64,000 nt of DNA. Source: an uncultured Acidobacteriota bacterium (GTDB lineage: Bacteria > Acidobacteriota > Thermoanaerobaculia > UBA5066 > DATFVB01). The stretch covers positions 480,001-544,000 of the forward strand of contig CAWEYG010000003.1 in NCBI GenBank assembly GCA_963813155.1, read 5' to 3'. A program made the translations under genes and the position numbers. This document shows, in pieces, positions 60,575-64,000 of the stretch (position 1 is the stretch's first letter; the number at the start of each line of letters is the position of its first letter). The notes under the pieces were generated by a model. That model did no database searches and was not told where the DNA came from. It worked only from the letters and a program-made list of their open reading frames with translations.

Positions 60575-61240
60575 CTATGCCGTTTTCTTCGTCTCGCGGC
60601 GGCGGTTCTTCATCTTGTGCTGCTCGCCGCGGTAGATCCACGCCTTGACCCCGATCTTGCCGTAGGTCGTCTGCGCCTCCGCAAACCCGTAGTCGATGTC
60701 CGCCTTGAGGGTGTGGAGCGGAAGACGCCCCTCCTGGTACCACTCGGAACGAGCGATCTCGGCGCCGTTCAGGCGGCCGGCGCACCGGATCTTGATCCCC
60801 TGAGCCCCGAACCGCTGCGCGGATTCGATCGCCTTCTTCATGGCCCTCCGAAACGCGACGCGGCGCTCGAGCTGCATCGCGATCGACTCCGCGACGAGCT
60901 GCGCGTCGGTCTCGGGCCGCTGGATTTCAATGATGTTGATGTGGACTTCGTTCTTCGTCTTGCGCTGCAGCTCGTCGCGCAGCTTGTCGACTTCCGCCCC
61001 GCGCTTGCCGATGATGACGCCGGGCCGGGACGTCTGCACGTTGACCTTCAACTTGTTCGCGTACCGCTCGACGTCGATTTCCGAAACGCCCGCGTGCGAG
61101 AGACGGTTCTTGAGCTCGCGACGGAGCTTCATGTCCTCGTGCAGGTGCTCGAGATACTGGCCGCGCTCGGCGTACCAGCGCGAATGCCACGTCCGGTTGA
61201 AGCCGAGACGAAATCCGTAGGGGTGAACCTTTTGACCCAT
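60575..61240 (-). CDS. rpsC: 30S ribosomal protein S3
   Basis: [30 protein letters not shown]. Confidence 0.98.
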   Translation of the reverse strand: MGQKVHPYGFRLGFNRTWHSRWYAERGQYLEHLHEDMKLRRELKNRLSHAGVSEIDVERYANKLKVNVQTSRPGVIIGKRGAEVDKLRDELQRKTKNEVHINIIEIQRPETDAQLVAESIAMQLERRVAFRRAMKKAIESAQRFGAQGIKIRCAGRLNGAEIARSEWYQEGRLPLHTLKADIDYGFAEAQTTYGKIGVKAWIYRGEQHKMKNRRRETKKTA

Positions 61241-61241
61241 C

Positions 61242-61586
61242 TTAACCTCTCGCCTCGTCCGAAACTTCGAGGGTGACGTGGCTTTTTCGTTTCTGAATCC
61301 TGTAGGCCCGGCCCATCGGAGCCGGACGAATTCGCTTTTCGATCGGGCCGCCGTCGACATGAATCTTCCGGACGACCAACGTGTCGACGTCCACGCCGGA
61401 CTCCTTCTGTTCCGCATTCGCGATCGCCGATTTCAGGAGCTTCAGGATGTCGCGGGACGCGTATTTCGGCGTCGCGCGGAGAATCGCGGCGGCGTCGTTG
61501 ACCTTTTTTCCCCGGATCAGGTCCGCGACGAGGCGCACCTTCTGGGCGGAGCCTTTCATGAAGCGAAGCTTGGCGACGGCGTTCAT
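61242..61586 (-). CDS. rplV: 50S ribosomal protein L22
   Basis: [29 protein letters not shown]. Confidence 0.97.
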   Translation of the reverse strand: MNAVAKLRFMKGSAQKVRLVADLIRGKKVNDAAAILRATPKYASRDILKLLKSAIANAEQKESGVDVDTLVVRKIHVDGGPIEKRIRPAPMGRAYRIQKRKSHVTLEVSDEARG

Positions 61587-61598
61587 CGAATCTTCTCC

Positions 61599-61943
61599 TT
61601 AACCCTTCGGAGCCGGAGCCGCCGGCGCCGCGCCCGGCGCCGACACCGGAGCTCCGCCCGGCTTGGCTCCCGCCGCGTCCGCCTTCTTGCCCCCGTGGCC
61701 CTTGAAGATGCGCGTCGGCGAGAACTCCCCGAGCTTGTGCCCGACCATGTTCTCCGCGATGTAGACGGGAATGAATTTTCTTCCGTTGTGAACGGCGATC
61801 GTGTGGCCCACCATGTCGGGAATGACCGTCGAACGCCGCGACCACGTCTTGACGACCTTCTTTTCCCGCGTTTCGTTCAGGGCGTCCACCTTCTTCTTGA
61901 GGTGGTCGTCCACGAACGCGCCCTTCTTGATCGATCTCGACAT
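61599..61943 (-). CDS. rpsS: 30S ribosomal protein S19
   Basis: [20 protein letters not shown]. Confidence 0.98.
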   Translation of the reverse strand: MSRSIKKGAFVDDHLKKKVDALNETREKKVVKTWSRRSTVIPDMVGHTIAVHNGRKFIPVYIAENMVGHKLGEFSPTRIFKGHGGKKADAAGAKPGGAPVSAPGAAPAAPAPKG

Positions 61944-61949
61944 GGTTGC

Positions 61950-62771
61950 CTACTTCCTCCGGCGGACGATCATCGCGTCCGTCCGCTTGTTGTTGCGGGT
62001 CTTGAAGCCCTTCGTTTTCCAGCCCCACGGCGAAACCGGGTGCCGGCCGCCCGAGGTCTTGCCTTCGCCGCCGCCCATCGGATGGTCGACGGGATTCATC
62101 GAAACGCCGCGGTTGTGCGGCTTCCAACCGAGCCAGCGCGACCGGCCGGCTTTGCCGATCGAGAGGTTCTCGTGCTCGATGTTGCCGACCTGCCCGATCG
62201 TCGCGTAGCAGTCGATGAAGACCTTGCGGGTTTCCCCCGAGGGCAGTCGCACCTGCGCGTAGTCCCCCTCCTTGGCCATCAACTGCGCCGCGGCGCCCGC
62301 CGAGCGGACCATCTGGCCGCCCTTGCCGCGCTTCAACTCGATGTTGTGGATCGTCGTGCCGACCGGGATTCCCCGCAGCGGAAGCGCGTTCCCCGGAAGG
62401 ATGTCGGCCTTGGGTCCGGAGACGACGCGCGCGCCCACTTCGAGGCCGACCGGCGCCAGGATGTAGCGTTTTTCGCCGTCCGCGTAGTGAAGGAGCGCGA
62501 TGTTCGCGGTGCGATTCGGGTCGTACTCGATCGAGGCCACGCTCGCGGGCACGTCCATTTTCTCCCGGCGAAAGTCGATGACGCGATACTGGCGCTTGTG
62601 GCCTCCGCCCATGAAGCGCGACGTGATCTGGCCGCTGCTGTTACGGCCGCCCGTGCGGCGTTTGGGCGTGACGAGGCTCTTCTCCGGGCGGTCCGACGTG
62701 ATCTCCGAGAACGTCATCGACGTCTGGAAACGGCGGCCGGCCGAAGTGGGTTTGAACGACTTTACGGGCAT
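61950..62771 (-). CDS. rplB: 50S ribosomal protein L2
   Basis: [19 protein letters not shown]. Confidence 0.98.
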   Translation of the reverse strand: MPVKSFKPTSAGRRFQTSMTFSEITSDRPEKSLVTPKRRTGGRNSSGQITSRFMGGGHKRQYRVIDFRREKMDVPASVASIEYDPNRTANIALLHYADGEKRYILAPVGLEVGARVVSGPKADILPGNALPLRGIPVGTTIHNIELKRGKGGQMVRSAGAAAQLMAKEGDYAQVRLPSGETRKVFIDCYATIGQVGNIEHENLSIGKAGRSRWLGWKPHNRGVSMNPVDHPMGGGEGKTSGGRHPVSPWGWKTKGFKTRNNKRTDAMIVRRRK

Positions 62772-62779
62772 CGATTCAC

Positions 62780-63070
62780 CTACACGCCTTCGAAGAATTC
62801 AATGGGCTTTTCGCCTGCGGCCAGGCGAACGTAAGCCTTCTTCCAGTCGCGACGGTTCCCGACGAACCGCCCCATCCGCTTCATCTTGCCGGCGCGGTTG
62901 GCGACCCGGACGGACGCCACCTTCACCTTGAACAGCATCTCGACCGCCGCCTTCACTTCGATCTTGTTCGCGGCCGGGTCGACCTCGAAGCAAACCGTTT
63001 TGGCCGAGTCCTTGAGCCGGGTCGACGCTTCCGTGATCAACGGCCGCCGGATCACCTGGTGCAGGTTCAT
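62780..63070 (-). CDS. rplW: 50S ribosomal protein L23
   Basis: PLITE, ANK.EVK.AVE.LF.VKV, WKKAYV.L. Confidence 0.97.
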   Translation of the reverse strand: MNLHQVIRRPLITEASTRLKDSAKTVCFEVDPAANKIEVKAAVEMLFKVKVASVRVANRAGKMKRMGRFVGNRRDWKKAYVRLAAGEKPIEFFEGV

Positions 63071-63699
63071 GACTTGGCCCCCAGGTTCCGCGTGACTCGC
63101 GTCAGCGCGTCGCGCGTGATCAGAACGTAGCCGTGACTCAGCACGTCGTAGCAGTTCACCGCGAGAGGATCGACGTGCTTCAAGCCTCGGATGTTTCGCG
63201 AGGCGCGAGTCAGGTTCTCATTGTCCCGGGATTCCACGAGCAGGGCCTTGCCCTCGATTCCGAGCGTCGAGAGGTTTCCCACGAGCTCCTTCGTCCGGTA
63301 GGAGTCGAGGCCCAGGCGGTCGAGGACGACGAGGCGGGACTCCTTCGCCTTGCGCGAGAGGACCGACCGCAGGGCGTTCTTCTTTTCGTTGATCGACACC
63401 TTTTGCTCGTAAGAGCGCGGCACGGGGCCGAAGACCGTTCCGCCGTGGCGGTGAATCGGGGGCCGTCCGCCGCCCTGCCGGGCCCGGCCCGTCCCCTTCT
63501 GCTTGAACGGCTTCCGACCCGACCCGGAGACTTCCGCGCGCGTCTTCGTCTTGTGCGTGCCGCTGCGCTGTCCCGCGAGATAGGCCTTCACGACGGTCCA
63601 CACGAGGTGGCGCCGGTAAGGCTGCTCGAACACGTCGGCAGGCAGGTCGATCGAGCCGACCTTTTCTTTCTTCCAGTTCCAGACTTCCACGTTGGCCAT
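63067..63699 (-). CDS. rplD: 50S ribosomal protein L4
   Basis: KTRAEVSG.GRKP.KQKGTGRARQG, GG..FGP.PR. Confidence 0.98.
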   Translation of the reverse strand: MANVEVWNWKKEKVGSIDLPADVFEQPYRRHLVWTVVKAYLAGQRSGTHKTKTRAEVSGSGRKPFKQKGTGRARQGGGRPPIHRHGGTVFGPVPRSYEQKVSINEKKNALRSVLSRKAKESRLVVLDRLGLDSYRTKELVGNLSTLGIEGKALLVESRDNENLTRASRNIRGLKHVDPLAVNCYDVLSHGYVLITRDALTRVTRNLGAKS

Positions 63700-63705
63700 C
63701 GCTTC

Positions 63706-64000
63706 TTACTCCGGCTTCGGCGCGAACGTCGACCGCACGATGCGAACGTACGCGTTGCGGGCGCCCGGAACGGGGCCGCTCAAATACAGCAAATGATTCT
63801 CCGGATCGACCTTCGCGACGACGACGTTCTTGCTCGTGGCATGCCGGCCGCCGAGCCGTCCCGAGGAACGCGTGCCCGGATAGACGCGCGAGGGAAACGC
63901 CGACGGCCCGATCGAGCCCGGAGCGCGGTGAAACATCGAACCGTGCGTCGCGCGGCCGCCCGCGAAATGGTGCCGCCGGACGACTCCGGCGAAACCCTTG
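63706..64000 (-). CDS. rplC: 50S ribosomal protein L3, C-terminal part (5' end outside the window)
   Basis: KGFAGVVRRHHF.GG.ATHGS, HRAPGSIG. Confidence 0.96.
   Translation of the reverse strand, partial: KGFAGVVRRHHFAGGRATHGSMFHRAPGSIGPSAFPSRVYPGTRSSGRLGGRHATSKNVVVAKVDPENHLLYLSGPVPGARNAYVRIVRSTFAPKPE

Noticed and set aside
48690-62834. Long plus-strand ORFs opposite the ribosomal operon (e.g. 925, 710, 605 aa)
   Set aside because: Antisense shadow ORFs expected from high-GC codon bias opposite conserved genes.
1-64000. tRNA/rRNA genes, integrase or transposase
   Set aside because: None recognised by eye; tRNAscan-SE and ISEScan would be needed to exclude them formally.

Overview
High-GC bacterial chromosome segment. 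Gene content and leaderless-style promoters suggest Acidobacteriota, possibly Thermoanaerobaculia-like; this is inference only. Layout: (1) 1-3.7 kb: MacAB-type ABC efflux, SDR, DUF190 and crcB. (2) 3.8-4.05 kb: a 270-bp MITE in a CTAG target. (3) 4.05-8.1 kb: an operon resembling arsenosugar/organoarsenical clusters (DUF2064 GT-A, radical SAM, AhpD/CMD-like, flavoprotein, non-canonical metallophosphoesterase). (4) 8.1-13.1 kb: DedA, trxA, DUF547, long GreA, CDF. (5) 13.1-22.5 kb: DUF4331, TPR, two Ni/Co transporters, a globin/cupin chimera, SigK/RskA-like pair, ZIP, DUF5666. (6) 22.5-31.9 kb: XRE and a TonB-dependent receptor, divergent from a CzcCBA-like RND pump. (7) 31.9-49 kb: ribF, rimO, asnS, a GT-C glycosylation cluster, lemA, htpX, folE, BtuF-like, pilT. 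(8) 49-64 kb: the S10-spc-alpha ribosomal cluster (partial rplC to rplQ). Main finding: three leader ORFs end in RAPP-type arrest motifs (RGPP, RPPP, RAPP), and in each the motif codons or those just after them are complementary to the Shine-Dalgarno of the next gene. Two are back-to-back CxxC uORFs heading a candidate metal importer and a metal exporter. The third is a full glycosyltransferase-like domain heading the radical-SAM operon. Many accessory genes are frameshifted, probably from assembly indels. Family assignments come from motif recognition, not database searches.
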